DNA of 62,583 nt, filler included. It is 4 parts of 4 records of this genome, joined end to end, with 100 filler letters (N's around TTAATTAATTAA, not from the genome) between each part and the next. Parts side by side here need not be neighbours in the genome. Positions count along the whole stretch, not along the records: positions 39,627 to 51,282 come from SRR20825019_3063; positions 51,383 to 62,583 come from SRR20825019_3066; 2 more parts are not named here. One strand, written 5' to 3'. Every line of letters starts with the position of its first letter. Within the stretch, counting starts at the first letter, position 1. Below, piece by piece: positions 44,004-54,468 of this stretch. The notes under the pieces were generated by a model. The model saw nothing but the letters and a program-made list of their open reading frames with translations, was not told the origin of the DNA and did not search any database. The position numbers and the translations under genes are program-made.

Positions 44004-45508
44004 GGAGCATTTCGGCAAAATCCGGGGCTGCGCTGGCTCTGCTGAAAACTGGCCTTCAGCGGCTTGATGGCTGGCGTCTCTTCGCAGCCTTGTTTGCCTG
44101 CGGTGCGCTCGCCACATTTGCCCTTGCACCCTTTGGCTTTATTCCTGTGATGTTCATTTCAGTGCCCTGTTTCGTGTGGCTTCTGGATGGGGCTCTGACC
44201 GGTCTGTCGCTCAAGCTGCGGTTTCGTCGTGGTTTTGTCGCCGGCTGGTGGTTCGGGTTCGGCTATTTTGTCTTCGGGCTCTGGTGGCTCGGCGTCGCGG
44301 TCCTGAAAGATGCCGCGCACTTCGCCTGGGCGCTACCGCTTGCTGTGTTTGGCCTGCAATCTGTTCTTGCCCTGTTTTATGGCTTTGCTGCTGCACTGGC
44401 GGCACTGGTTCCGCGCCCGGGCCTGCTGCGGATCGTTGCTCTGGCGCTTTCATTTATCGCTGTAGAATGGTTGCGCGGGCATGTCGCCAGCGGGTTTCCA
44501 TGGAATGCACTGGCTTATACCGCTGTACCTACACCGCTTTTCATGCAAATCGTCCGGTTGACAGGAATCTATGTTCTCAGTGGATTGGCCTTCTTCGTTT
44601 TTGCTGCACCGGCTTTATTCTCTTTTGGCAGCCGCCAACGAAATGCCGGTTTAGTTCTGGTTGCAGTGATCATTTTCTTCGACATTGGGTACGGCGTGCA
44701 TTCACTTTCGCGTGAAGTGACGCCAGATGGCAAGTCGATTACATTTCGCCTGGTTCAACCAACCTTTAAAGATGAGCTATGGCGCAATCATGAAGGGCGT
44801 CAGAATATATTTGCAACCATGATTGCGATGTCATCGGCGGTGGAGCCGGGCGCGGGAGACCGTCCTGACGTTATCGTATGGCCGGAGAGTATTTTGCCGT
44901 TTCTGCTTGAGGAGCGGCCTGATGCACGCACGGTGATTGCAGAAACACTTCAGCCGGGACAGGTACTGATTTTTGGCGCCGCAAACTTTGCTGCCAGAAC
45001 GCCGGATGGGTGGCCGAAGTTTTACAACGCGATTTACGCCGTGAATGATGAAGGGGAGACCGTTTCCATCGCAGGAAAAACGCATCTCGTACCATTTGGC
45101 GAGTACCTTCCATTTGAAAGTTTCTTGCGTTCACTTGGTTTTGATACGCTCTCCAATATCGGTGGCAGTTATATCCCGGTTCCAAACCGGAAGGTGCTTG
45201 TGCTGCCTAATGGCCTGAAGCTCTATCCGCTGGTTTGTTATGAAGCAATTTTTCCACGTCTGACTGGTCAGGCAGCTGACGGTTCTGACCTGCTGCTCAA
45301 TATTACCTATGATTCATGGTTTGGGCGAACCCCCGGGCCTTTCCAGCATTTTGCACAGGCGCGACTTCGTGCTGTCGAGGCTGGAAAACCTATGATTCGT
45401 GTCGGTGAAAACGGCGTTAGCGCGATCATTACAGCCTCCGGTCGGATCATTCAGCGGTTGCCGTTTGATCAGGCAGGTTATGGAGATATAAAAATGACAC
45501 TCCAATAA
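44000..45508 (+). CDS. lnt: Apolipoprotein N-acyltransferase
   Basis: Multi-TM N-terminus, EWLRG..GFPW, and the catalytic triad in WPES / KTHLVPFGE / CYE; QHFAQARLRAVE. Confidence 0.95.
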   Translation: MRSISAKSGAALALLKTGLQRLDGWRLFAALFACGALATFALAPFGFIPVMFISVPCFVWLLDGALTGLSLKLRFRRGFVAGWWFGFGYFVFGLWWLGVAVLKDAAHFAWALPLAVFGLQSVLALFYGFAAALAALVPRPGLLRIVALALSFIAVEWLRGHVASGFPWNALAYTAVPTPLFMQIVRLTGIYVLSGLAFFVFAAPALFSFGSRQRNAGLVLVAVIIFFDIGYGVHSLSREVTPDGKSITFRLVQPTFKDELWRNHEGRQNIFATMIAMSSAVEPGAGDRPDVIVWPESILPFLLEERPDARTVIAETLQPGQVLIFGAANFAARTPDGWPKFYNAIYAVNDEGETVSIAGKTHLVPFGEYLPFESFLRSLGFDTLSNIGGSYIPVPNRKVLVLPNGLKLYPLVCYEAIFPRLTGQAADGSDLLLNITYDSWFGRTPGPFQHFAQARLRAVEAGKPMIRVGENGVSAIITASGRIIQRLPFDQAGYGDIKMTLQ

Positions 45509-45753
45509 AGTGTGGCTTGATTATAATGTGCGAAAATACTACCAATGGTAGTTAAATGTATCTCTTTATTAGTTCTTTTATACTCACGCTTAGGTTTCGC
45601 AATTCACACTGAATTGACCGAAAAACCCTAAAATTGCATAGTGAAGTGCTTCCGCACGCAACTAGGGCTTTTTATTGCCTAAATCTTGTGGTTGTATTGA
45701 CAATGGCGGGCTTTGGCTCGGGTCACTCGCCAAATTGGAACTAAGGAAGAACA

Positions 45754-46167
45754 ATGACAGAAAATAAAAAGAAGCCGAACCCGATCGACGTTCACGTCGG
45801 GAGTCGGATCAGATTGCGCCGTACGATGTTGGGCATGAGCCAGGAAAAGCTTGGTGAAAGCCTTGGAATCACATTTCAACAGATTCAGAAATACGAGAAG
45901 GGTACCAACCGTGTCGGCGCCAGCCGACTTCAGAATATTTCAACTATTCTGAATGTTCCGGTCTCGTTTTTCTTCGAAGATGCGCCGGGTGATCATGGCA
46001 CCAGTGCGTCTGGCATGGCGGAAGCTTCCAGCTCCAGCTATGTCGTCGATTTTCTTTCGTCTTCGGAAGGTCTTCAGCTGAACAGGGCGTTTGTGAAGAT
46101 CGGAGATCCGAAGGTGCGACGGAAGCTCGTTGACCTAGTAAAGACACTGGCAGCAGAGGCCGAGTAG
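45754..46167 (+). CDS. XRE-family HTH transcriptional regulator
   Basis: PNPIDVHVGSRIRLRR...SQEKLGESLGITFQQIQKYEKGTNRV, the typical alphaproteobacterial lnt-metK neighbour. Confidence 0.93.
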   Translation: MTENKKKPNPIDVHVGSRIRLRRTMLGMSQEKLGESLGITFQQIQKYEKGTNRVGASRLQNISTILNVPVSFFFEDAPGDHGTSASGMAEASSSSYVVDFLSSSEGLQLNRAFVKIGDPKVRRKLVDLVKTLAAEAE

Positions 46168-46193
46168 GGCGCAAGGTACTTCTATGCCAACAG

Positions 46194-46228
46194 AGCGGAA
46201 GGCGGCTTTCTGCCTTCTGCCGATTTCC
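46194..46228 (+). terminator. Possible intrinsic terminator hairpin after the XRE gene
   Basis: GCGGAAGGCGG-CTTT-CTGCCTTCTGC stem (with G-U pairs); weak U tract. Confidence 0.4.
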
Positions 46229-46268
46229 TGCGTTTTCACTCAGAGCCGCGTTCAGCCAGTCGGTGCTG

Positions 46269-46288
46269 ATATAAACGTATATTTATAT
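46269..46288. promoter_or_regulatory. 20-bp palindromic operator upstream of metK (SahR-like site)
   Basis: ATATAAA-CGTATA-TTTATAT with perfect 7-bp arms, about 70 bp upstream of the metK ATG. Confidence 0.6.
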
Positions 46289-46358
46289 TGTTGTGCGCTT
46301 GTCATTTGCAGATGAAATGTCTAACAAAATCGGGCAAGTTTCTATGTGGGGAATCCCG

Positions 46359-47597
46359 ATGCGCACCAATTATCTCTTTACAAGTGAATCTGTTTCTGAA
46401 GGTCACCCGGACAAGGTTTGTGACCGGATTTCTGATGAGATCGTTGATCTGGTATATCGTGAAGCGGTTAAAACCAATGTCGATCCGTGGAAGGTCAGAG
46501 TTGCATGTGAGGCACTGGCTACGACCAACCGGGTTGTTATCGCTGGTGAGGTGCGGTTGCCGCCGAGCCTGATGAAGCTCGACAAAAACGGCAACGAGAT
46601 CGTCAATCCATCCCGTTTCAAGTCGGCTGCACGTCGGGCAATCCGACATATCGGTTATGAGCAGGACGGGTTCCACTGGAAGAATGTGCGTATCGATGTT
46701 TTGCTTCATGCGCAGTCCGCGCACATTGCACAAGGCGTTGATAACGCTTCTGATCGGCAGGGTGACGAGGGCGCGGGCGACCAGGGCATTATGTTCGGTT
46801 TTGCCTGCCGCGAAACACCGGACCTGATGCCTGCGCCGATCTATTATGCACATCGTATTCTGCAGACACTGGCTGATGCCCGCAAGGCAGGCGAGGGGGA
46901 TGTGGCGCTTCTGGGACCGGATGCGAAAAGCCAGGTTACGGTTCGCTATGAAGATGGAAAGCCTGCAGAAGCCGTTTCAATTGTTTTGTCGACACAGCAT
47001 TTTGATGAAAGCTGGGATTCTGCAAAGGTGCGCAGCGTTGTCGAGCCGTACATTCGCGAGGCAATGGGCGAGCTTCCGATTTCGGATAATTGCAATTGGT
47101 ACATCAATCCGACCGGTAAGTTTGTTATTGGCGGTCCTGATGGCGATGCCGGGCTGACTGGCCGCAAGATTATCGTCGACACGTATGGTGGCGCTGCACC
47201 TCACGGCGGTGGCGCATTTTCCGGCAAGGATACGACGAAGGTGGATCGCTCCGCAGCCTATGCGGCCCGTTACCTCGCCAAGAACGTGGTTGCGGCCAAT
47301 CTTGCAGAAAAATGCACGATTCAGCTTTCCTATGCGATCGGCATCGCGCAACCCCTGTCGGTTTATGTCGACTTCCACGGAACAGGGAAATACCGGGAAG
47401 ACGATGTTGAATTGGCGATCCGGGAGGTCATGGACCTTTCGCCGTCCGGCATCCGTCGGCACCTGGATTTGAACAAGCCCATTTACGCCAGGACTGCTGC
47501 CTATGGTCATTTCGGACGCAAGGCCGGTCGCGACGGTTCATTTTCCTGGGAACGGCTCGATCTGGTGCGGCCGCTCAAGCAGGCCCTCAAAGGGTGA
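46359..47597 (+). CDS. metK: S-adenosylmethionine synthetase
   Basis: [49 protein letters not shown]. Confidence 0.98.
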   Translation: MRTNYLFTSESVSEGHPDKVCDRISDEIVDLVYREAVKTNVDPWKVRVACEALATTNRVVIAGEVRLPPSLMKLDKNGNEIVNPSRFKSAARRAIRHIGYEQDGFHWKNVRIDVLLHAQSAHIAQGVDNASDRQGDEGAGDQGIMFGFACRETPDLMPAPIYYAHRILQTLADARKAGEGDVALLGPDAKSQVTVRYEDGKPAEAVSIVLSTQHFDESWDSAKVRSVVEPYIREAMGELPISDNCNWYINPTGKFVIGGPDGDAGLTGRKIIVDTYGGAAPHGGGAFSGKDTTKVDRSAAYAARYLAKNVVAANLAEKCTIQLSYAIGIAQPLSVYVDFHGTGKYREDDVELAIREVMDLSPSGIRRHLDLNKPIYARTAAYGHFGRKAGRDGSFSWERLDLVRPLKQALKG

Positions 47598-47626
47598 AAA
47601 CGGACGTCTGTATCTCGGAGTTTTTG

Positions 47627-48331
47627 ATGAGCAGTAGCGGCGATGACAGCAGACAGGCTGGCAAAGCGTTCTTTGGTCGCCGTAAGGGGAAACCCCTGCG
47701 TGCGCGACAGGCGCGTAATCTGGAAGAGCTCCTGCCGCAGCTGACGCTTGACCCGAACGCGCCACCGCCGGTGCATATATCCGAACTCTTTGCCGCCGAT
47801 CTTGCGAAATATCGAATGGAAATCGGCTTTGGTGGCGGTGAGCATCTTATCCATCGGGTTCTTGAAAGCCCCGATACCGGTTTTATCGGCGTAGAACCGT
47901 TCATCAATTCCATGGCCAAGCTGCTCGGTCAGGTCGAAGGAAAGAGCGTCGGCAATATTCGTCTTTACGATGATGATGCGGTTGATATCCTCGACTGGCT
48001 GCCTGACGCTTGTCTTGATCACATTGATTTGCTTTATCCAGACCCTTGGCCGAAGCGGAAGCACTGGAAACGCAGGTTTGTCTCTCAGGACAATCTTGGC
48101 CGGTTTTATCGGGTGCTGAAACCCGGTGGCCTGTTCTGTTTTGCATCCGATATCGATACATATGTAAACTGGACATTGCTTCACTGCCGCAACCACGGCG
48201 GTTTTCGCTGGGCAGCACACTCGGCGGAAGACTGGCATGTGCCTTATGCCAACTGGCCCGGAACACGCTATGAAGCGAAGGCCAAACGCGAAGGCCGGCA
48301 AACGGCCTATCTGACTTTCAAACGCATCTGA
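47627..48331 (+). CDS. trmB: tRNA (guanine-N7)-methyltransferase
   Basis: [34 protein letters not shown]. Confidence 0.96.
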   Translation: MSSSGDDSRQAGKAFFGRRKGKPLRARQARNLEELLPQLTLDPNAPPPVHISELFAADLAKYRMEIGFGGGEHLIHRVLESPDTGFIGVEPFINSMAKLLGQVEGKSVGNIRLYDDDAVDILDWLPDACLDHIDLLYPDPWPKRKHWKRRFVSQDNLGRFYRVLKPGGLFCFASDIDTYVNWTLLHCRNHGGFRWAAHSAEDWHVPYANWPGTRYEAKAKREGRQTAYLTFKRI

Positions 48332-48389
48332 TTTGCCAAAGCCCGCAAATTTTGGGCTTTATGGGGGCATTTTCCGGAAGATCGGATGC

Positions 48390-48671
48390 TCAGTGCAGCG
48401 TGGCCGTTTTGATATCGTCTTCCATGGCTTTGAAGAAGATGCTGGTGCGGTTTTCCGTGAGCAGGATCAGTGAGCCATCGGCATCGAACAGGGCCCACAG
48501 ACTGTCGGCCTTTGAATGCAGGTTGGCCGCATCGGGAAACTGGCGAACGGCATCTTCCAGAGCAAGCTTGCGGAAATAGCCGATATGACCGGCGCCAAGG
48601 CTTTCAAGGTGAATGATTTCGTTGCTAAGTTCTGCGCGCAGCGGTTCCATAGGGCTTGGAAGACCTTTCAA
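48390..48671 (-). CDS. DUF1150-like small protein
   Basis: LGAGHIGY...LWALFDADGS.ILL...TATLH, located directly downstream of Hsp20 as is usual for this family. Confidence 0.7.
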   Translation of the reverse strand: MKGLPSPMEPLRAELSNEIIHLESLGAGHIGYFRKLALEDAVRQFPDAANLHSKADSLWALFDADGSLILLTENRTSIFFKAMEDDIKTATLH

Positions 48672-48734
48672 TCCGTCGTGTTTTGAAGTCTGACCTTGCG
48701 CTTTGTGTAAATCGGCAGGGCCAAGCTGACCTGC

Positions 48735-49136
48735 CTATTCTGGAACCGAAATGTTAATTTTTCGTACCTCTTTGGGCGTTCGGCTAATATCAATATTCAA
48801 AAGTCCACGTTCGAGATATGCGCGCTTCACATCCATCCCGTCCGCCAACTGGAACTGGCGCTTGAACTGTCTTCCGGCGATTCCACGATAAAGAAATTCA
48901 CCATCTTGCCGATCTTCCTGAAGGCCTGTCACCAGCAGCAGATTGCTTTCGCAATAAAGCTCAAGCTCACTTTCACCAAAACCGGCAACCGCCAGTGTAA
49001 TTCTCAGAAACACGCCATCCGGCTCGTCGGGAAACCAGGCAATATCGAAAGGCGGGTAGCCGGCACCACCTTTGACGACCGTATCGGCGGCGGTTTGCAG
49101 GATCAGTGGGTCGAAGCGCAGATCTATTCGCGGCAT
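48735..49136 (-). CDS. Small heat-shock protein (Hsp20/IbpA family)
   Basis: GYPPFDI, LRITLAVAGF, FLYRGIAGRQFKRQFQLADG, GLLNIDI. ATG 49136 after AAGGA. Confidence 0.9.
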   Translation of the reverse strand: MPRIDLRFDPLILQTAADTVVKGGAGYPPFDIAWFPDEPDGVFLRITLAVAGFGESELELYCESNLLLVTGLQEDRQDGEFLYRGIAGRQFKRQFQLADGMDVKRAYLERGLLNIDISRTPKEVRKINISVPE

Positions 49137-49163
49137 GTATCCAGTCCTTTTCGTCTCTGTGCG

Positions 49164-49192
49164 ATATGGAAGTGTTTCCGTCTGATGGCAAG
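49164..49192 (-). promoter_or_regulatory. Putative RpoH (sigma32)-type promoter for hsp20
   Basis: The minus strand reads CTTGCC-N17-CCATAT, about 28 bp upstream of the hsp20 start. Confidence 0.4.
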
Positions 49193-49308
49193 GGTTTGAA
49201 AAGTACTTACCTTCTTGACAAGCAACTACGAACTGCGCACTGCTCTCGGTTGTGCCGGGTTTGAATACCGAGTTCGATTTAGCGCATTTAAGGAAAAAAA
49301 GGGAAGCC

Positions 49309-50253
49309 ATGGCTGTTGCACGAAAAATCATCATCGATACGGATCCCGGACAGGACGACGCCGCCGCAATTTTGCTGGCGCTGGCGAGTCCGAAGCAAAT
49401 TGAGATTTTGGGCATCACTGCAGTCGCCGGTAATGTTCCACTTGAAATGACAACGCGGAATGCGCGAATTGTCTGTGAGCTTGCTGGGCGCACGGACATT
49501 AAGGTGTTTGCCGGCTGTGACCAGCCGATGAAGCGCCCGCTGGTTACGGCTGAACACGTTCATGGGAAAACCGGGCTGGACGGGCCAGAACTGCCTGAAC
49601 CAACGATGAAGTTGCAGGAACAACATGCCGTAGATTTCATCATTGAAACCTTTCGCGAATACCCTGAAAACGCCATTACGTTATGCGCTCTTGGTCCGCT
49701 CACGAATATCGCGACAGCTTTTGAAAAAGCCCCGGATATTATTGGCCGGGTTCAGGAAATCGTGTTGATGGGCGGCGGTTACTTCGAAGGCGGCAATATC
49801 ACCCCGTCTGCCGAGTTTAATATTTACGTCGATCCCGAGGCGGCAAAGGATGTTTTTGCGGCCGGTGTTCCGATCGTGATGATGCCGCTTGATGTTACGC
49901 ATCAGCTCTTGTGTCTGAAGAGCCGCGTGGACCGTATCGAGGCCGTTGGTAATAACGCCTCCAGGGCAATGGCCGAGATGCTTCGGTTTTACGAGCGTTT
50001 CGATGTTGAGAAATATGGCTCGGATGGCGGCCCGCTTCACGACCCGGCTGTCACAGCCTATCTCCTCAAGCCGGAGCTTTTCTCCGGCCGCCAGTGCAAT
50101 GTCGAAATTGAGGTTCAGTCTGAACTGACCCTTGGAGAAACCGTAATCGACTGGTGGGGTGTGACTGACCGGAAACCCAATGCACTGGTGATTGGAAAGG
50201 CAGATGCTGACGGCTTTTTCGACCTTCTTACGGAGCGTCTGGGACAGCTTTAA
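49309..50253 (+). CDS. Inosine-uridine preferring nucleoside hydrolase
   Basis: IDTDPGQDD, VAGNV, HVHGKTGL, LGPLTN, AEFNIYVDPEAA, PLHDP. Confidence 0.95.
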   Translation: MAVARKIIIDTDPGQDDAAAILLALASPKQIEILGITAVAGNVPLEMTTRNARIVCELAGRTDIKVFAGCDQPMKRPLVTAEHVHGKTGLDGPELPEPTMKLQEQHAVDFIIETFREYPENAITLCALGPLTNIATAFEKAPDIIGRVQEIVLMGGGYFEGGNITPSAEFNIYVDPEAAKDVFAAGVPIVMMPLDVTHQLLCLKSRVDRIEAVGNNASRAMAEMLRFYERFDVEKYGSDGGPLHDPAVTAYLLKPELFSGRQCNVEIEVQSELTLGETVIDWWGVTDRKPNALVIGKADADGFFDLLTERLGQL

Positions 50254-50331
50254 AGCGCTTGACCTTCGTCAGTCCTGCAGAATGTCGCGCATTTCAATCT
50301 GATGAAATGCTCTGAAGGTGGCCGCTTAAAC

Positions 50332-50360
50332 AAATGTCCGGATATGTGATCCGGACATTT
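50332..50360. terminator. Bidirectional terminator-like hairpin between convergent genes
   Basis: Perfect 12-bp stem AAATGTCCGGAT-ATGTG-ATCCGGACATTT. Confidence 0.7.
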
Positions 50361-50396
50361 ATCATCAGAAAAGACGGTCGTAAGACCACTGCAATC

Positions 50397-51282
50397 TCAA
50401 AGACGGTCTTCTACTTCTTCTGACAACGGAATGGATGGCTGGGCGCCTGGCTTCAGGCAGGCCAGAGCGCCTGCTGCTGCTGCCCGATGTGCGGCTTTTT
50501 GAAAATCCAGCCCCTGATCAAGACCGGCGGCAAGGTAACCGCAGAATGTGTCGCCTGCGCCAACCGTATCCAACGGCTCGATTGTCAGGCTTTCAATGCG
50601 GTGAAACGTGCCCTCATGCATGGCCACGGCACCTTCACCACCGAGCGTGATCACAACCGTCTGGCCGGTTTCGTCATGATAGGTCTTCAGCATCGCGATC
50701 CGGCCCTCGCTGCCAAGCTCGTCCGCACCGACCAGGCGTTCAAACTCGGTCTCGTTTGCAATTACGATGTCAGCCATCCGGCCAAGTTCAGCGGCTTCGG
50801 CCGTGAGTGGTGCGGTGTTTAAAACCGAAATAACATCCCGTTCACGCGCTGCTTCAAGTGCGGCCCTGATGGCCGGTGCAGGAATTTCAAGTTGCAGCAT
50901 CAGGATATCACCTTTTGCCATGTTTGCGACGGTGGCTCTCGCATCGTCTTTCGAAACTTCGCCATTGGCCGCAGCATTGATCACGATAACATTCTCGCCG
51001 TGACGATCAACAAGGATCATCGCGGTTCCCGTTGGTCCGTCAGTCTTTTTGAGCGTGGAAAGGTCTATGCCGGAGTCGGCCAGCAATGCGGTTGCAGGCA
51101 CGGCAAACTCATCGCTTCCAATCGCGCCTGCCATGCAGACTTCTGCGCCAGCTCTGCGTGCAGCCAGCGCCTGATTGGCGCCCTTTCCGCCAGGTGCTGT
51201 GGAAAAGGAATGCCCTGCAACAGTTTCGCCGGGTTTCGGCAGTCTTTCGGTTGTGGCGATGAGGTCCATATTGATGGAACCA
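50397..51282 (-). CDS. rbsK: Ribokinase, 5' truncated
   Basis: GSINMDL at the contig edge, GGKGANQA, LQLEI, NETE, DTVGAGDTF. Confidence 0.92.
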
Positions 51283-51382
51283 NNNNNNNNNNNNNNNNNN
51301 NNNNNNNNNNNNNNNNNNNNNNNNNNTTAATTAATTAANNNNNNNNNNNNNNNNNNNNNNNNNNNNNNNNNNNNNNNNNNNN
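51283..51382. other. Artificial contig linker N44-TTAATTAATTAA-N44
   Basis: Same 100-bp spacer. Confidence 0.98.
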
Positions 51383-51413
<31 letters not shown>

Positions 51414-51678
51414 CCCTACGAAGAAAATCAGGATGTTCAGTGAAAGGATTTCTGCAAGTGAAAGTATCACTGCGACGTTGGGCTTCCCCGGGTTATGAGT
51501 GTGGTGGATCCTGGCCCTTCCCACCGTCACGAGACTGAGTGTCAAGAGAAGACAGCAATAAGGAAACCCCGAGACGGATTTGCCAGAAGCGAAGTCAATC
51601 ATCGCAAAGGGCGACGAAAGATGGAAGGTGAAACCCGCAGTGACGGAGTGAACGTCTCCTTCACTTCTTTTACTGAGC

Positions 51679-52622
51679 ATGACCCCGACGGTAGGAAATA
51701 TATTCTTTGTTTCACAGGAACAAGTTAACGCGCGCGCAGCTGCTGAAATTTTTGCGGAGGAGGAGATCCCCTCGGAAGCAAAGTTGTGTGGTGTCACTAT
51801 TGAGACCATCGTTATGGTTGTATCATGCCTCGATCTCTTCTTAATAGGTTGCCAAGCTCTGCTGTTGTACCACGTATTTACACAAGGTTGGAATGCAACT
51901 GGTCACTTTCTAACCACACAAACCTCACCAATATGTGACTAGGAGAGTTAGTGTTTCGACTATTAGTTTGCATTGTGAATTTGCCGTTTGCCTTTTGTGG
52001 TTTACTGTCAACGATGAGGCACTCCATTTGGATGCTTGCGTGTTACTCTCTATGGAGGCTTTTATGGTTTATCATTTGGGTTTTCGCTGTCCTTTTCATA
52101 GGAGGTCAAGTCGCTCTTCGAGTTCTCCAGGCAGGAGGCGAGAAGATCGCGCTGGGGTCAGTGGTGCTCTTGGTAGTTCTCTTCCTAAGTGTAGGAGTAA
52201 TTGCCTTCCAAGTATGACTGAACGGTCACACCAATTTTGATACTGAGACTTATTAGAATTTTAGGTTTTCTATTTCAGAATATTGGCCAACTATTACAAA
52301 CACATGGATGTCTTCTCTAGGAGAAGGCAGACCGCAGGCTTCTTGCGCTTGAGACAGGAATCTGAACCAGGCGGCACACCACTCCGACGAACCTCTCATG
52401 CAGAAGCCATGGAACGATTACAACAGATTCGATCAGAAGCTGGTACGTTCGAGTGCTTTCTAGCACAACCCATCTTATCAACCATGGAATCTGACGATAA
52501 TTTCAGCTGCGAGGCGCGGAATTAATCTTGAATACGAGGAGCATGATGATGAACATGTCGTTCGCCCCCCTCTCCCACCTGACAGTGACTCGGATGAAGA
52601 AAGTCGCTCTGATGGGCCGTAA
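51679..52622 (+). CDS. Spliced eukaryotic membrane protein (about 4 TM helices); 5' end uncertain
   Basis: Hydrophobic exons (IVMVVSCLDLFLIGCQALLLY; LLVCIVNLPFAFCGLL; LLWFIIWVFAVLFIGG; VVLLVVLFLSVGVIAF) are separated by short GT-AG introns. The acidic last exon ends ...DSDEESRSDGP-TAA at 52622. Confidence 0.55.
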
Positions 52623-52669
52623 GGGCCTGGGCAGGCCGGGCGCGAACCCGAGTTAAGTCATATGTTGCG

Positions 52670-53311
52670 CTATGTTTCTCCTATGGATATCGTGGCTCTT
52701 TCGTCAGTGTTTGTGCTGCTCATCTTCATCGATTTCATCTTATTTTCGGTAGACGCTCGAACACGAGAAACCTCTTGTTCCATGTAGTCAAGTTGGCCCT
52801 GTGTTTTGTCGAGAGCATTGTCGAGCACCTGCAGCATAAATCCCAGAGACTCAAGCTTTCGGTGAAGCAAGCGCATGCGATATTGGTCTACAGTCTCGCC
52901 ATTTTGCTCAGTGGAGCTTGGTGAAAGAATAGGTTTTCCGTCGTCACCTACAGCGTCACTATTCAGAATCTTGCAGGCCCGCACAAGAGATGCAGTAAAG
53001 CTTGTCATGTTATGCTTACCTAATGTCCTAAGTCTACGAGTGGTGCCTGGCCCGTTTCTGCTCTTGCTATCTTCCTCCTTGAATGTGTTATGTTCAGATC
53101 GAGTATGCCTGACAGGCTTTCGGCCCGTTTCGTTGTCATGATGAATTTTCGTAACATGACTTCGTCTCAGCACCTGTTTCTCTTGCCCACTAGACTTGTG
53201 TAGACTGTGCCCCTCTACGATAGCAAAAACGGTAGCCACAATCAAAACCGCTCTCAGGCCCGGTGCTACCGCCCGAGTGTAGCTGTACAGCAGTCTCCAG
53301 TTTGCACCCAT
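52670..53311 (-). CDS. Putative secreted protein with C-terminal coiled coil (213 aa)
   Basis: ATG 53311. Hydrophobic stretch AVLIVATVFAIVEG, then a basic/His-rich region and a heptad-like C-terminus. Intronless. Confidence 0.7.
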   Translation of the reverse strand: MGANWRLLYSYTRAVAPGLRAVLIVATVFAIVEGHSLHKSSGQEKQVLRRSHVTKIHHDNETGRKPVRHTRSEHNTFKEEDSKSRNGPGTTRRLRTLGKHNMTSFTASLVRACKILNSDAVGDDGKPILSPSSTEQNGETVDQYRMRLLHRKLESLGFMLQVLDNALDKTQGQLDYMEQEVSRVRASTENKMKSMKMSSTNTDERATISIGET

Positions 53312-54468
53312 AGTAACTTGGGGTGACACGAGAAACAGGAAAACAAAGCGAGCGATGTGTTGTGAGTTTAAGGTGACGCGGCGGCGTGGTTTGAAAAACT
53401 TTACCGTGGTCACGAGTGTTGAGTGGTTGTTCCAGCAGTTAATACTTCAGATATAAATGACCACACACACTCCCGGCCAGAATTGGCAGGCCGCCTGTGC
53501 CAGCACAGAAAGAACTCAGCGTTCGCGTGTTCGCATTGTACACGCGGCTGGGTGAAAAATGTTTTGTGCGTTGTTGCAAGTTAGCGGACTGAGATACTAC
53601 ACGCCGCACCAGACCGGCATGCGGAAACGAGTTGGCCGCGGCCGGTGAGTCCGGGCGGCCGGGTGGCCGTCGCCGTTCTAAGTACGTCCTCGCACTCAGC
53701 TGGCTGAACCCACGGCTGGGTCTGGTTCCAATTGGTGGCGCGGTCTCTGCTAGCTTTACCATACACTTACCGTACGTGGGCGCACACGGTTCCTCCTCTC
53801 AGAGAGCAGGCTGAACACCGGGACGCGGGCCACCGTCCTCTGATGGCGCCGGCGAAATGGATTGTCAAGATGAGCTGCTCTTTCTCATCTGGTTCAATAT
53901 TATTTTCAGTTAAATATTAGAAAGAACTATTCATATTAAAATCGTCGAGTAGGTGGTTGAATTTGGATCAATCAGGATCAGTGCGGTGGCCGGCGGCCGG
54001 AGCCGGACCGGCCACGCGGCCGGACGGCGGAGGCGGCCGGCACGGCGCCGCCGGCCCGCCGGAACCTGACTCCCGTCCCCGCACCCGACCGCGCCCGGGC
54101 TGGGCGGCGTGGCCGAGCGGTAACGGCGAGGCGGCGGGCATGCAGGCTGACCGGACGGCTGGGTATTGGCGTGTCCTCGCGCGCCGCGTCAGTGGCTTTG
54201 GAGGCGGACAGGACAGGTGCCCCTCGCCGTTGACGTGTCTCCGGTGCCGGTCAGTCTGCTCGCCCGGCCGGGCAGTTTTCGCTTGGGTCTTGTGGGCGAG
54301 TTCTCGGGGGTTTACGCGGGCATCGTCACATGCTAGCCGTTTGACCTGAACTTAAGTCACTGTACAATCCTGAAGTGTCTTAGGAGCTATCACTTAGGTG
54401 TATCGAACGAACTCAACCCTACAGTTTGATTGACGTTGAAGGTGAATCTCTGGAAAGAACTGCAGAGA

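Noticed and set aside
46200-46358. SAM-II riboswitch upstream of metK
   Set aside because: I could not find the SAM-II conserved core and pseudoknot pairing. The palindromic operator explains the region better.
49137-49165. ROSE RNA thermometer before hsp20
   Set aside because: The leader is short and lacks the U(U/C)GCU motif pairing with the Shine-Dalgarno sequence.
29314-51382. Large bacterial-to-eukaryote horizontal transfer
   Set aside because: Both boundaries are artificial linkers and the genes at the edges are truncated, so there is no evidence of physical linkage.
53025-53045. Oomycete-type RxLR effector motif (RRLR)
   Set aside because: It lies about 55-60 residues after the putative signal cleavage with no following dEER, and such a short motif is common by chance in basic regions.
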